Of a DNA stretch of 64,000 nt, positions 10,878 through 22,600 are shown piece after piece (the stretch's first letter is position 1; the number at the start of each line of letters is the position of its first letter). The translations under genes were made by a program, and so were the position numbers. The stretch is from the NCBI GenBank assembly GCA_026936335.1, contig JAPMXV010000043.1, positions 549,503 to 613,502 of the forward strand, given 5' to 3'. The stretch comes from Mantamonas sphyraenae STR306. Lineage: Eukaryota > Protista > CRuMs. The notes beneath the pieces were generated by a model, which worked only from the letters and a program-made list of their open reading frames with translations, was not told where the DNA came from and searched no databases.

Positions 10878-11960
10878 TCATGACATGCCCATCTCCTTTC
10901 GAAGTCCCACGACGATTAGTTCGAGACGCTCTTGGTCGAGGTGTGAGTAGGTTTCGTCTGCGAGGGCGGACTGGAACAGGTCTTCCAGGTCGTGCTCCTG
11001 AAAAAGCCGCTCGGCCACGATGGTGTCCAGGATGCCGTTGTAGAACTGCTCGTACATGTCGATCCCATCATCATCATTTGTTTGGTATGTCTGCCTGTTG
11101 CGACTGCTGCTGCTGCTGCTGCTGCTGCTGCCATGGCCGTACTCCTCCTCATAGTCGAAACGAGGTACAAACTTTTCCGAGTCATACAGGCTCTTGGAAA
11201 CCTTCTTCACCTTGTGAGGCGACTTTGCTTTGATTTCTCGTTCGTACTTCTTCTCCTGTGTGGTGTGGACGGGCGTCAGCGGCGCGGCGGAAAGCAAGGC
11301 GGAAATGTTGTCGAGGTAGCCGTTTGACACGCCGTGTCGTTTTGCCTCTGGCCGTCTCTCAAGGCGGCCAGAGGCAAGCGAGAGCAATGGATCATTCACA
11401 AAGCTTCACTCACATAGTCTGGGGGGAGGACAACAGAACGAGGACGCCGCAGGACCAAGGATGGGTAGAGTTCTGCATCGAGCGGATTCTTCTTGCGCTC
11501 GGTTCGCGTGTTTTGCTCGCGAATGCGGCGTCGCATGTTGCTGAGACGTCGGTTGTGTTCCTGCATCTCCATCCTGCGCTTGCGCAGGCGAGCCTTTGTG
11601 ATTGCCTGCGTCAACTTGGACGCCTGGGCGACCAGGTCCTCTTCCTCCGCCTTGCTTCGCTTGCTCGCCTGGCTTCGACGGCTGCTTGACGACCGACTGT
11701 GTTCCATGGTACGCTTGGTACCCTCTAAGGGTTTCATAAAATCACGGTGTGAGCACAGCAGTGGACATCAGGCTCCCTATTGCAGCCATGGGACCGTGCG
11801 TTCCTCAAACGTCCCTCTGCCACTCACTCTTTTTGCTCTTCTTGCTCTTGCCTGGCTTCCTTTTCATCCCCGTGTCGAGAGTCGACTTGACATTGCGCAA
11901 TCGCGCATGGTGGCTGACCATGTGTTCTACCGTGAGCAGGTCACCGCCAAATCCGGACAT
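10878..11960 (-). CDS. SPATA7-like ciliary protein (spliced; start uncertain)
   Basis: N-terminal EHMVSHHARLRNVKSTLDT and C-terminal FYNGILDTIVAERLF...HLDQERLELIVVGLRKEMG resemble the conserved SPATA7 ends; exons correspond to three minus-strand ORF pieces. Confidence 0.55.
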
Positions 11961-12126
11961 GTTTGGCGAGCTTCGGGTCTCCTTCTGTTTGCTCAGCCAG
12001 CGCACAGCATGACAAGCCACTCGGACAGATGGCCAAGGGCATCCGTGGCTCATATGTTGCGGAGCAGAAACAGGAAACCTTGAAATGCATTGCGCTCGGT
12101 GTGCCACACGAAACCGAAGGAACGAC

Positions 12127-13027
12127 ATGAGCGACGCCACCACCGAGTATGCGCGCATGGGAAAGTGGTTTGCAGTTGCAGACTCTGCAGTACCTTTGAT
12201 TACCCTGGTAACCACTGTGATTATCAACCGGGCTCTCGATCATGACATTGGGGGCATCCCGTGGCCGTACTTTAGCGACACGGGCAAGGCCGCGCCCGAG
12301 TACTTTGTGTTCAGCACAGGGTTGAGCATGTTCAGTGTGATTAGTAGTACGTAGACTGCTGGCGCTCTGCGCACACCTAGGCACGCCATGCCCTTGCAGA
12401 TGCGTGCATTTCACACCGTTGCACATTTTTCTTTTCGCGCTTTCCCGGATTTGGAAGGCTGACGTCGGCGAGTGCATGCACTCCTACACAGTGGTCGTCA
12501 TTTGGCTCAACCGCATGGTGGTGGGTTCACGCATTAGCCGTGAGCTGTCGCAAGGGACCAACGGTTGGGCAACCTTCCTCAACTGGACCGGAATGGTGTT
12601 TGGCCTGCTCGCCGCGCCGTTTGCAGCTCTTCTCGCCATCTTTGACACAGGAAATTATCCAGATCTCCACACCACGTTTGCGCAGTTGTTTTTTGTGCTC
12701 ACTTTGGTGTTTGTGCTGTGCAACACGGCGGTGGCTGTGCTACTGCGCCGTGAGGCTGGTGACAACGTGTCAGCGCATGTTCTCTTCTCCTATCGCGCAA
12801 AGTCCATCCTGACTGTTTGGGTGGTTGTTGGCATTATTCTGCTCTATGGTGTGCTGTACGGCATGTTCTTCTCCAACAACTGTTCGTGGGAAGACTACTC
12901 CACATGCTATGACATTCATCTTGGCCGCGCCATCACGCAGCACCTCACGATTCTCGGTCTCCTCCTTTATCAGGGCACCATCTACTGGGATTTTGCCGAG
13001 GTTTCCGACTACAAGGGCATGGCCTGA
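12127..13027 (+). CDS. Frag1/DRAM/Sfk1 (TMEM150-like) membrane protein
   Basis: PYFSDTGKAAPEYFVF motif, LHTTFAQLFF, about 6 hydrophobic segments; one intron at roughly 12347-12491. Confidence 0.8.
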
Positions 13028-13096
13028 CTGCAGGAGGTCGCATGACGAAGCAAAAGCAACAAAAGCACGAGAATTTGTTCCCGCCTTTCAATTGTC

Positions 13097-15010
13097 CTCA
13101 CCTCACTCAAAAGTCGGCATCCAGGGCAAACGTCATGTCCTCGGTGTTGCTCATGACCCCCGCGCGCGAGTACTCTCCCACACGCCTCTCGAAAAAGTTG
13201 GTCTTGCCGTCCAGCGAAATGTTCTCCATCCAGTCAAACGGGTTCGCCGTCTCGTAGTGCTTGGGCATCCCCAGCGCAACCAGCAGTCGGTCGGCGCAAA
13301 ACTCAATGTACTGCGACATCGACTCACAGTTCATCCCAATCAGGTTCACCGGCAAAGCCTCCGTCAAAAACTCCTGCTCGATGCTCACTGCCTCTGTGAT
13401 GATCTGCGTCACCTGCTCCTTGCTCGGCGGCCGCTCCAGCATCCCAAACAGCAGACACGCAAAGTCGCAGTGCAGTCCCTCGTCCCGCGAGATCAGCTCG
13501 TTGCTGAACGTCAGTCCGGGCATCAGTCCACGCTTCTTCAGCCAGAAGATCGCCGCAAACGACCCGCTAAAGAAGATCCCCTCCACGGCCGCAAATGCCA
13601 CCAGTCGTACCCCAAACGCCTCTGCCGACTCGATCCACTTCAACGCCCAGTTTGCCTTTTTCGCCACGCACGGCACCGTCTCAATCGCATTCAACAGGTG
13701 CTGCCTCTCCTCCAGGTCCTTGATGTACGTGTCAATCAGCAGCGAGTACACCTCGCTGTGGATGTTCTCCATCATGATCTGGAACCCGTAGAAGAACCGC
13801 GCCTCCGGAATCTGCACTTCGTTGCTAAAGTTCACTGCCAGGTTCTCGTTCACAATCCCGTCCGACGCCGCAAAGAACGCAAGCACGTGCTTGATAAAGT
13901 GCTGCTCGTCCGAGCTCATCGAGCTCCAGTGCGTCAGGTCTTGTTGCAGGTCGATCTCCTCAGCCGTCCAGAACGACGCCACGTGCTTCTTGTACATGTC
14001 CCAAACCTGCATCCCGTGCTGGGTTAGTCCATTGCGTGTGTCTTGCTCCACACCCCATCCGCATTCCCTCTTGCCCTCTCTCGCAATCGCGCCGGGAACC
14101 TGTCGGGACCCTTTTGCGCGCCAAAAGCTTGCTTTCCCGCCAATTTCGAACCCCGCACACAACTCACTGCATGGTACTGCAGAGGGAAGATCACAAACCG
14201 GTTCGGGTTCTCCTTCAGCATCGGCTCCACAAATGCTTCCACATCGGCCGTCGTGCTAGTCTCCTTGCTCTCCTCTTGGCTTGCGCTGGCCAACTCCAGC
14301 GGCTTCTTGACGCCCGCTTTGATCACCAGCCGGTCGCTCAGCAGCGCGCCGCTCTGGCCGCTCGTGTCGATCTTTGATGGCGACGGTCCCTCCATCATCT
14401 TGTCGCTCACAAAGGGTGTGGTCTCTGGCGATGTGCTCATTGTGTGTGTGTGTGTGTGTGTTTCGTGTGTCGCAATCGTGGAAAAAGGGGGCGGGGGTGC
14501 GCGCTTTTTTTCTTTGATTTGGTTTGGATGCGTCGGAGCAAAAGTCGGGCGCGAAACAAGCCGACGGGTTGCACAACCTGGACCGTGACGGGGAATGTTG
14601 GTTTGCGTGTGGCGATGTTCATGGTTGCAGGCGAGGAAGGCTCAGAAGAGAGCGAGCCACCCGCGACGGACGGATGTGGGTATGGATGGATGGGAAGCGT
14701 GAATGTGTACCTGGTGCTGTGTCGGTAGGAGGCGAGGTGCATGCATAAACGGCGAGCATAGGAGTGTACTGTGTGTCGTGGAGCTGATCGTGGATGGGAG
14801 CAGTTGGTTCTGGTGTCAAACTGTGCCCAACCACTCCTCTGTGTTCCCTCACCTGGACAAACCGTTTCTGACCCCAACACAACACAACGCAACACGTTTG
14901 GATGTTTCCTTCATTCGCATTCACCCCACCAGCGTCCCTCTGGTCCGATTCTTCAGAACACGGCAATCCGATTCCTCGGTGTCGTCTCCAGATCGTCGTC
15001 AACGATCCAA
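13097..15010. repeat. Right arm of the 1914-bp inverted duplication
   Basis: Reverse complement of 8924-10837. Confidence 0.95.
13107..14440 (-). CDS. RRM2: Ribonucleotide reductase small subunit, copy 2
   Basis: Translation identical to copy 1 in the ORF track; same single intron. Confidence 0.97.
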
Positions 15011-16518
15011 ACAAAGCTGGCAAACAATGCAACCGCAATACCTGTGCCCACATGCCACAACGAGTGCCAGGTGAAGAAACCAAGCAGGACACAGCCGGTT
15101 GGCAGAGAAGCCGAGTCAGGCGTCAGCACGCTGCTGATTCCGTACACCCCCGCGGCCGTCAGCCACACCAGGAGCCCCAGGATAAACAACAGCCATGCCG
15201 ACCATGTCACTCGTTCACCGTGGACTCGCTTCTGCACGACGTAGTGCACAACAAACACCGAAAACTGGAGCACCAGAAGCGAGAGCACCGCCGTGCCAAA
15301 GCTCACACTCATCACCAGCAGGAACACGACCGACGCCAGGCTTACCAGATTCATCACAATTCCCAGCGGCACAGACGACGAGCCCGTCTTGTTTGCGCGA
15401 CGCCGGTGCACGCGTACCATCTCGTTCCACTGCTCCGACGGCCGCAAGCAGCTCAGGCGGCCAGTGTAGAACCAGAATGTAGCCCCAATCGTCAATCCTT
15501 CAATAAACGCGATCTCCAGGGCGTACAGCGCCACGCTGTACCACGTGCGCTCCCGCCAAACCGTGTCCAGGTAGGCAATCAACACATAGGCCACAAACAC
15601 CCCCAGCAACTTGGTTGTGCTGACCAATTTCTCTGGTCTGCGCCTGCTGTACAGCACACAACCCAGCAGCGCCAACGTGAGATTGACGAAAGACAGGTCA
15701 AATTGCGCGTTGATGTCCGTCGGGCACACGTGCCAAAGTAGCGGCATCAGTCCCTGCAGGATCATGCATGCAGCCAGAGAGATATGCAACCCCTCGGGCT
15801 TTGACAGACCGTACATGAGGTCGTCAATTTGGCTTGATCGGTGCACCCACACAAGAAAAGCCACACCGTACAGCACCGGTAGCGGCACAAGAAACAGCGT
15901 GTTGGCTTCCTGCAACCCCAGCAGCACCACGTTGCACCCGCTGCTGTGGCTGCATTGAGCTGTGTCCAGCAGCGTCAGGCTCTGAAACGCAGGAACGGCG
16001 TACAGCAGAGCAAACAGCACCAGCAGCTTGCCATACTCCCATGTGTCCACCGTGCTCAATATCAACGCATCACGAACATCGTCTTCCGTCTCCTCTGTCG
16101 TCCTCACCTGCAGCTGCAGCTGCGACGAGTCCCGCCGAGCTGGCGACGAGGTCTCGCTGTGCACCGTGCTCCCATGCTTCTTCAGCCTGCTCTTCAACCA
16201 ACTGCCTCCTTGGATCTCCTCCACTTCTTCCGTGTCATCCTTTGCCGGTGTGACAAACGCACGCCGTGTCTGCGGAGGGCCATCAACCGTCTCGGCCGTT
16301 TCTTCGCGGTTCTCTGCATCCGCAGACCGCCCTTCGTCCCCCTCTGTTTCCACTGCAACCCCATCTTGGCTCAGCATCTCCACCTCCACGTTATCGTGCC
16401 CGTCTTGGTATCCATCGTCGGACGCGACACTCCCCATGTCGTCGTTGCTCGCACCCAGATCTTCCTCGTCTTCTGGCGACCGCCGCACCCCCATGAGAGC
16501 GTTTCTGCCACCAAACAT
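14953..16518 (-). CDS. SID-1/SIDT family transmembrane protein (TM core only)
   Basis: WHVCPTDINAQFD matches SIDT YHVCPNxxNFQFD; C-terminal CVLLGFFTWHSLWH...IVDDDLETTPRNRIAVF matches CILLxFFDxHDIWH...LDDDL..R..I.VF; also LYGLSKPEGL and YAVPAFQ. Confidence 0.85.
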   Translation of the reverse strand: MFGGRNALMGVRRSPEDEEDLGASNDDMGSVASDDGYQDGHDNVEVEMLSQDGVAVETEGDEGRSADAENREETAETVDGPPQTRRAFVTPAKDDTEEVEEIQGGSWLKSRLKKHGSTVHSETSSPARRDSSQLQLQVRTTEETEDDVRDALILSTVDTWEYGKLLVLFALLYAVPAFQSLTLLDTAQCSHSSGCNVVLLGLQEANTLFLVPLPVLYGVAFLVWVHRSSQIDDLMYGLSKPEGLHISLAACMILQGLMPLLWHVCPTDINAQFDLSFVNLTLALLGCVLYSRRRPEKLVSTTKLLGVFVAYVLIAYLDTVWRERTWYSVALYALEIAFIEGLTIGATFWFYTGRLSCLRPSEQWNEMVRVHRRRANKTGSSSVPLGIVMNLVSLASVVFLLVMSVSFGTAVLSLLVLQFSVFVVHYVVQKRVHGERVTWSAWLLFILGLLVWLTAAGVYGISSVLTPDSASLPTGCVLLGFFTWHSLWHVGTGIAVALFASFVWIVDDDLETTPRNRIAVF

Positions 16519-16659
16519 GCTTGGACCCGAGTCTTTTCTGTGTAATACAACTGTGAGTGCGCCGAGGCGAGCGACCGGATCGAGACTGGAGTCTCGATTG
16601 CAGCAGAAAGTTTGCTTCCCCCTGTGCCGCCAACACCTTTCATTGTCAATCCAGCATCG

Positions 16660-19600
16660 ATGTCCGGCAAGCTCACCGTGGACAAGATCCCATCCAAACT
16701 CGGCAAAAAGGTGAACCTGTCTACACTGACGCAGCTCAAGCTGCCCAACCGTAAAATTGGCGAGCTGGGCTCGTTGAAGCGGTGTGAAGCGCTCGAAGAG
16801 GTCGACCTCAGGTGAGTGGCCACCACTTCCTCCTGGGCACCCCTACAACGGCGTCTGCATGCTGCTGACAAACATGCCTTGGTGCATCCACTTACACCCA
16901 CACAGCAAGAACCGCATCCAGACAGAGAAACAGTTGAAGGGTAAGCAGGAGTGAGAGACGTGCTGACGTGCATCGGGAGGGCAAGAGTGCTCACGCCACA
17001 CCTCACAGGCTTGTTTGATGCACCGACCATCCACACACTCGACCTGACGGGCAACCCGGTGATGCGCACAAGCAATATGCGCCTCAAGATCATTGCACAA
17101 CTGCCTGTGTTGGAGAAGCTCGACAAACGGTATGTGGCAGCCGTGTGAAAGCCAGCACTCTCTGGGCACCATCTTTGCCGTCCCTGCTCTAACACCGTAC
17201 TGCCACGCGTCACCTGTGGTATTCACAGCATGGTTACCCTTGAGGAGAAGCAAAAAGCCGCCGACATGTTTCCCGAGCTGGTGCAGTCCAGCTCCAAGTC
17301 GCTCTTTGGCGAGGCGTCCCTCTTTGGCTCGCCCAGCAACTCGTCTCCTGGCTCATCCAGTAGCACCAGCGCCATCTCATCGGGTACCACCCTTCTGTTT
17401 GGAGACAATGACACCAAGGCGTCCAGTGGATCGGTGACGGTAGAGAGCGACGCCGACGTGGTTGCCGACACGGAAGCCGCCGACGACCACGACGACGACA
17501 CCAAGCCAGCCACAAGCAAAACAGCTCACGCGCGTGGTGTGGTCAACCCTTTCGAGAGCGAACCGGTGGTCAAGAAGCGTAGCAACGAGGAGCGAGTCCA
17601 GCAGATGGCGCAAGACGCCGCAGCCAGCAGCTCACGCGCCGACGATCTCTTTGGTGCCGGTACGGGGTTGCAAACCGCCAGCAACAGCCACTCCGCCCAA
17701 ACCACCGTCAACCCATTTGACGTGCCAGTAGCGAGCAGCAAGCCCAAAGTGCCCACAGTTCCTGTCAGCGAGTCCGAACAGCAAGCATCTTCCGCCAGCG
17801 CTGCTCAAGCAGTGGCTGCAAAGCACGAAGCGAACAACGACTTTGCAGGTGCGCTTGTGTTACCCTTTATTGCACAGAGCGACATCAGGCTGGCCTTTGA
17901 GTTTCTTGGGTTGGCTTTTAAGGGCCACAGCGACCAAGAGGCCACGTTCAACTTTGTTCTCAAAACAGATGACCTTCTGCCTTTGCAATTGTGTTTGGTG
18001 ATGTCCACAGACCACGTCGACGTGCATCAGGGCCTGGAAGACCAGGCTGTGTGCACGATCTCGAGCTCGCAGGGAGCCATTGTTGAGCTGTTCAACGGCC
18101 AGCTGCAACCCATGGACGCGTTTGTCAGCGGAAAAGTGACCGTGGATAACGCGCAGATGGTCATGCTGTTTGCACAGGCGTTTGAATTTGACAAAGAACG
18201 ATTCGCCAGCTTTTACCAGGCTCGTGCGCCTGTGTACGAAGCAGACCGAGCAGCCGAGACCGACACTGAGGACGAACAGATTGAAGAGGCCTTTTTGTAC
18301 ATGCCACGTGCATTCAAAGGAACGAAACGGAATGCCGTGTACCACGTGACGGTAAAGGGATCTGTGCTACGCGAGTGGACTGTGGCCATTGATAAGGACA
18401 AGGACGAGCCCCTAGTGGCTCGAGGTCATCTGCTCAAGGCAACATGCACGCTTGAGTGCACGCGCGAAGTCATCTTGGCTGTGCTTAACGGCGGTTTGGC
18501 CCCCTCCGTGGCAATGATCACCGGGCAGGTGATTGCATCGGACATCCTGCAGGTGATGGTGTTTGCCAACGCGTTCAAGTTTGACCAACAGGCATTTGCG
18601 GCGTTCCGTGATGAGCGCAGCGGAGCTGCGAGCGGACACAGCAGTGTGTCTCGAGCGGACAACGAAGCGGCAGGCGTGCTCGAGGAACTGTCAGACAAAG
18701 AAGTGCGCCACGCATTCATGTACCTTCGCACAGCGTTCATGAACAGCCTCTTCTCGGCTGCATTCCACTTTCGCATCTACGGCCCGCCCGACAGCAACGT
18801 GACCGTGCTCCTCCGGCCCAACTCGCTGGCTGTAATGCGTGGGCTGGTCGGCAAAGCCACAGCAGTCATCACGTGCCACCGAGAGGTTGTCATTGCAATT
18901 CTCAACGGGCAACTGGATGCATCCGAGGCATTGATTGGGGGCAAGATCCACTCGAACGATATGATCGAGCTGATGAAATTTGTACAGGCGTTTCGATTCG
19001 ACAAGGCCGGATTCGCGGCATTCCAGGACAGTCTGGCCGACGATACTGATCAGGATTCCGCACCAGCAACAACGTTGAGTGTGGAATCTGATGTTGTGGC
19101 AGTGGAGTCGGTCGAGGCAGAGGAAACACATGCAGACCTGGCGACGCTGGAGGACGCAGAGGTGCGTGAGGCGTTTGAGTATGTGCCGGAGGCGTTTGTG
19201 GGCAGCAGCGTGGACGGGGTGTTCCACTTTGTGATTGGAGGAGAGAAGGAAAGCGAGGTGACGGTGCGTGTGGGTGCGGAGAAGGGGTGCGAGGTGTACG
19301 CAGGACTGGAGGGGAGTGCACTGTGCACAGTGCGATGTGACAGGAGCGTGATTCTGGCAGTGTTGAACGGATCGATGGAGGCAGGGATGGCGCTGATGAC
19401 GGGGGCGATCCAGGTGGACAACCTGGAGGCGATGATGGTGTTTGGGACGGCGTTCAAGTTTGACATGGCTGCGTATGGAGAGTGGAAGAAGGGGCGAGAG
19501 GAAGCGGGGGTGGCAGTGGAGGCGGTCGAGGCAGAGGAGACACATGCAGACCTGGCGACGCTGGAGGACGCAGAGGTGCGTGAGGCGTTTGAGTATGTGC

Positions 19601-22600
19601 CGGAGGCGTTTGTGGGCAGCAGCGTGGACGGGGTGTTCCACTTTGTGATTGGAGGAGAGAAGGAAAGCGAGGTGACGGTGCGTGTGGGTGCGGAGAAGGG
19701 GTGCGAGGTGTACGCAGGACTGGAGGGGAGTGCACTGTGCACAGTGCGATGTGACAGGAGCGTGATTCTGGCAGTGTTGAACGGGTCGATGGAGGCAGGG
19801 ATGGCGCTGATGACGGGGGCGATCCAGGTGGACAACCTGGAGGCGATGATGGTGTTTGGGACGGCGTTCAAGTTTGACATGGCTGCGTATGGAGAGTGGA
19901 AGAAGGGGCGAGAGGAAGCGGGGGTGGCAGTGGAGGCGGTCGAGGCAGAGGAGACACATGCAGACCTGGCGACGCTGGAGGACGCAGAGGTGCGTGAGGC
20001 GTTTGAGTATGTGCCGGAGGCGTTTGTGGGCAGCAGCGTGGACGGGGTGTTCCACTTTGTGATTGGAGGAGAGAAGGAAAGCGAGGTGACGGTGCGTGTG
20101 GGTGCGGAGAAGGGGTGCGAGGTGTACGCAGGACTGGAGGGGAGTGCACTGTGCACAGTGCGATGTGACAGGAGCGTGATTCTGGCAGTGTTGAACGGGT
20201 CGATGGAGGCAGGGATGGCGCTGATGACGGGGGCGATCCAGGTGGACAACTTGGAGGCGATGATGGTGTTTGGGACGGCGTTCAAGTTTGACATGGCCGC
20301 GTATGGAGAGTGGAAGAAGGGGCGAGAGGAAGCGGGGGTGGCAGTGGAGGCGGTGGAGGCAGAGGAGGCACATGCAGACCTGGCGACGCTGGAGGACGCA
20401 GAGGTGCGTGAGGCGTTTGAGTATGTGCCGGAGGCGTTTGTGGGCAGCAGCGTGGACGGGGTGTTCCACTTTGTGATTGGAGGAGAGAAGGAAAGCGAGG
20501 TGACGGTGCGTGTGGGTGCGGAGAAGGGGTGCGAGGTGTACGCAGGACTGGAGGGGAGTGCACTGTGCACAGTGCGATGTGACAGGAGCGTGATTCTGGC
20601 AGTGTTGAACGGGATCGATGGAGGCAGGGATGGCGCTGATGACGGGGGCGATCCAGGTGGACAACCTGGAGGCGATGATGGTGTTTGGGACGGCGTTCAA
20701 GTTTGACATGGCTGCGTATGGAGAGTGGAAGAAGGGGCGAGAGGAAGCGGGGGTGGCAGTGGAGGCGGTCGAGGCAGAGGAGACACATGCAGACCTGGCG
20801 ACGCTGGAGGACGCAGAGGTGCGTGAGGCGTTTGAGTATGTGCCGGAGGCGTTTGTGGGCAGCAGCGTGGACGGGGTGTTCCACTTTGTGATTGGAGGAG
20901 AGAAGGAAAGCGAGGTGACGGTGCGTGTGGGTGCGGAGAAGGGGTGCGAGGTGTACGCAGGACTGGAGGGGAGTGCACTGTGCACAGTGCGATGTGACAG
21001 GAGCGTGATTCTGGCAGTGTTGAACGGGTCGATGGAGGCAGGGATGGCGCTGATGACGGGGGCGATCCAGGTGGACAACCTGGAGGCGATGATGGTGTTT
21101 GGGACGGCGTTCAAGTTTGACATGGCCGCGTATGGAGAGTGGAAGAAGGGGCGAGAGGAAGCGGGGGTGGCAGTGGAGGCGGTCGAGGCAGAGGAAACAC
21201 ATGCAGACCTGGCGACGCTGGAGGACGCAGAGGTGCGTGAGGCGTTTGAGTATGTGCCGGAGGCGTTTGTGGGCAGCAGCGTGGACGGGGTGTTCCACTT
21301 TGTGATTGGAGGAGAGAAGGAAAGCGAGGTGACGGTGCGTGTGGGTGCGGAGAAGGGGTGCGAGGTGTACGCAGGACTGGAGGGGAGTGCACTGTGCACA
21401 GTGCGATGTGACAGGAGCGTGATTCTGGCAGTGTTGAACGGATCGATGGAGGCAGGGATGGCGCTGATGACGGGGGCGATCCAGGTGGACAACCTGGAGG
21501 CGATGATGGTGTTTGGGACGGCGTTCAAGTTTGACATGGCCGCGTATGGAGAGTGGAAGAAGGGGCGAGAGGAAGCGGGGGTGGCAGTGGAGGCGGTGGA
21601 GGCAGAGGAAACACATGCAGAACTGGCGACGCTGGAGGACGCAGAGGTGCGTGAGGCGTTTGAGTATGTGCCGGAGGCGTTTGTGGGCAGCAGCGTGGAC
21701 GGGGTGTTCCACTTTGTGATTGGAGGAGAGAAGGAAAGCGAGGTGACGGTGCGTGTGGGTGCGGAGAAGGGGTGCGAGGTGTACGCAGGACTGGAGGGGA
21801 GTGCACTGTGCACAGTGCGATGTGACAGGAGCGTGATTCTGGCAGTGTTGAACGGATCGATGGAGGCAGGGATGGCGCTGATGACGGGGGCGATCCAGGT
21901 GGACAACCTGGAGGCGATGATGGTGTTTGGGACGGCGTTCAAGTTTGACATGGCTGCGTATGGAGAGTGGAAGAAGGGGCGAGAGGAAGCGGGGGTGGCA
22001 GTGGAGGCGGTGGAGGCAGAGGAGGCACATGCAGACCTGGCGACGCTGGAGGACGCAGAGGTGCGTGAGGCGTTTGAGTATGTGCCGGAGGCGTTTGTGG
22101 GCAGCAGCGTGGACGGGGTGTTCCACTTTGTGATTGGAGGAGAGAAGGAAAGCGAGGTGACGGTGCGTGTGGGTGCGGAGAAGGGGTGCGAGGTGTACGC
22201 AGGACTGGAGGGGAGTGCACTGTGCACAGTGCGATGTGACAGGAGCGTGATTCTGGCAGTGTTGAACGGGTCGATGGAGGCAGGGATGGCGCTGATGACG
22301 GGGGCGATCCAGGTGGACAACTTGGAGGCGATGATGGTGTTTGGGACGGCGTTCAAGTTTGACATGGCCGCGTATGGAGAGTGGAAGAAGGGGCGAGAGG
22401 AAGCGGGGGTGGCAGTGGAGGCGGTGGAGGCAGAGGAGACACATGCAGACCTGGCGACGCTGGAGGACGCAGAGGTGCGTGAGGCGTTTGAGTATGTGCC
22501 GGAGGCGTTTGTGGGCAGCAGCGTGGACGGGGTGTTCCACTTTGTGATTGGAGGAGAGAAGGAAAGCGAGGTGACGGTGCGTGTGGGTGCGGAGAAGGGG

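Noticed and set aside
8924-15010. Inverted repeats as TIRs of a composite or foldback transposon
   Set aside because: The arms are a host gene plus part of its neighbour; no TSD or transposase is evident.
20605-20620. Frameshift in the 4th SCP2 repeat as programmed frameshifting or pseudogenisation
   Set aside because: GGGATCG is a merge of the two repeat variants GGATCG and GGGTCG, typical of a consensus error in near-identical repeats. Raw reads would settle it.
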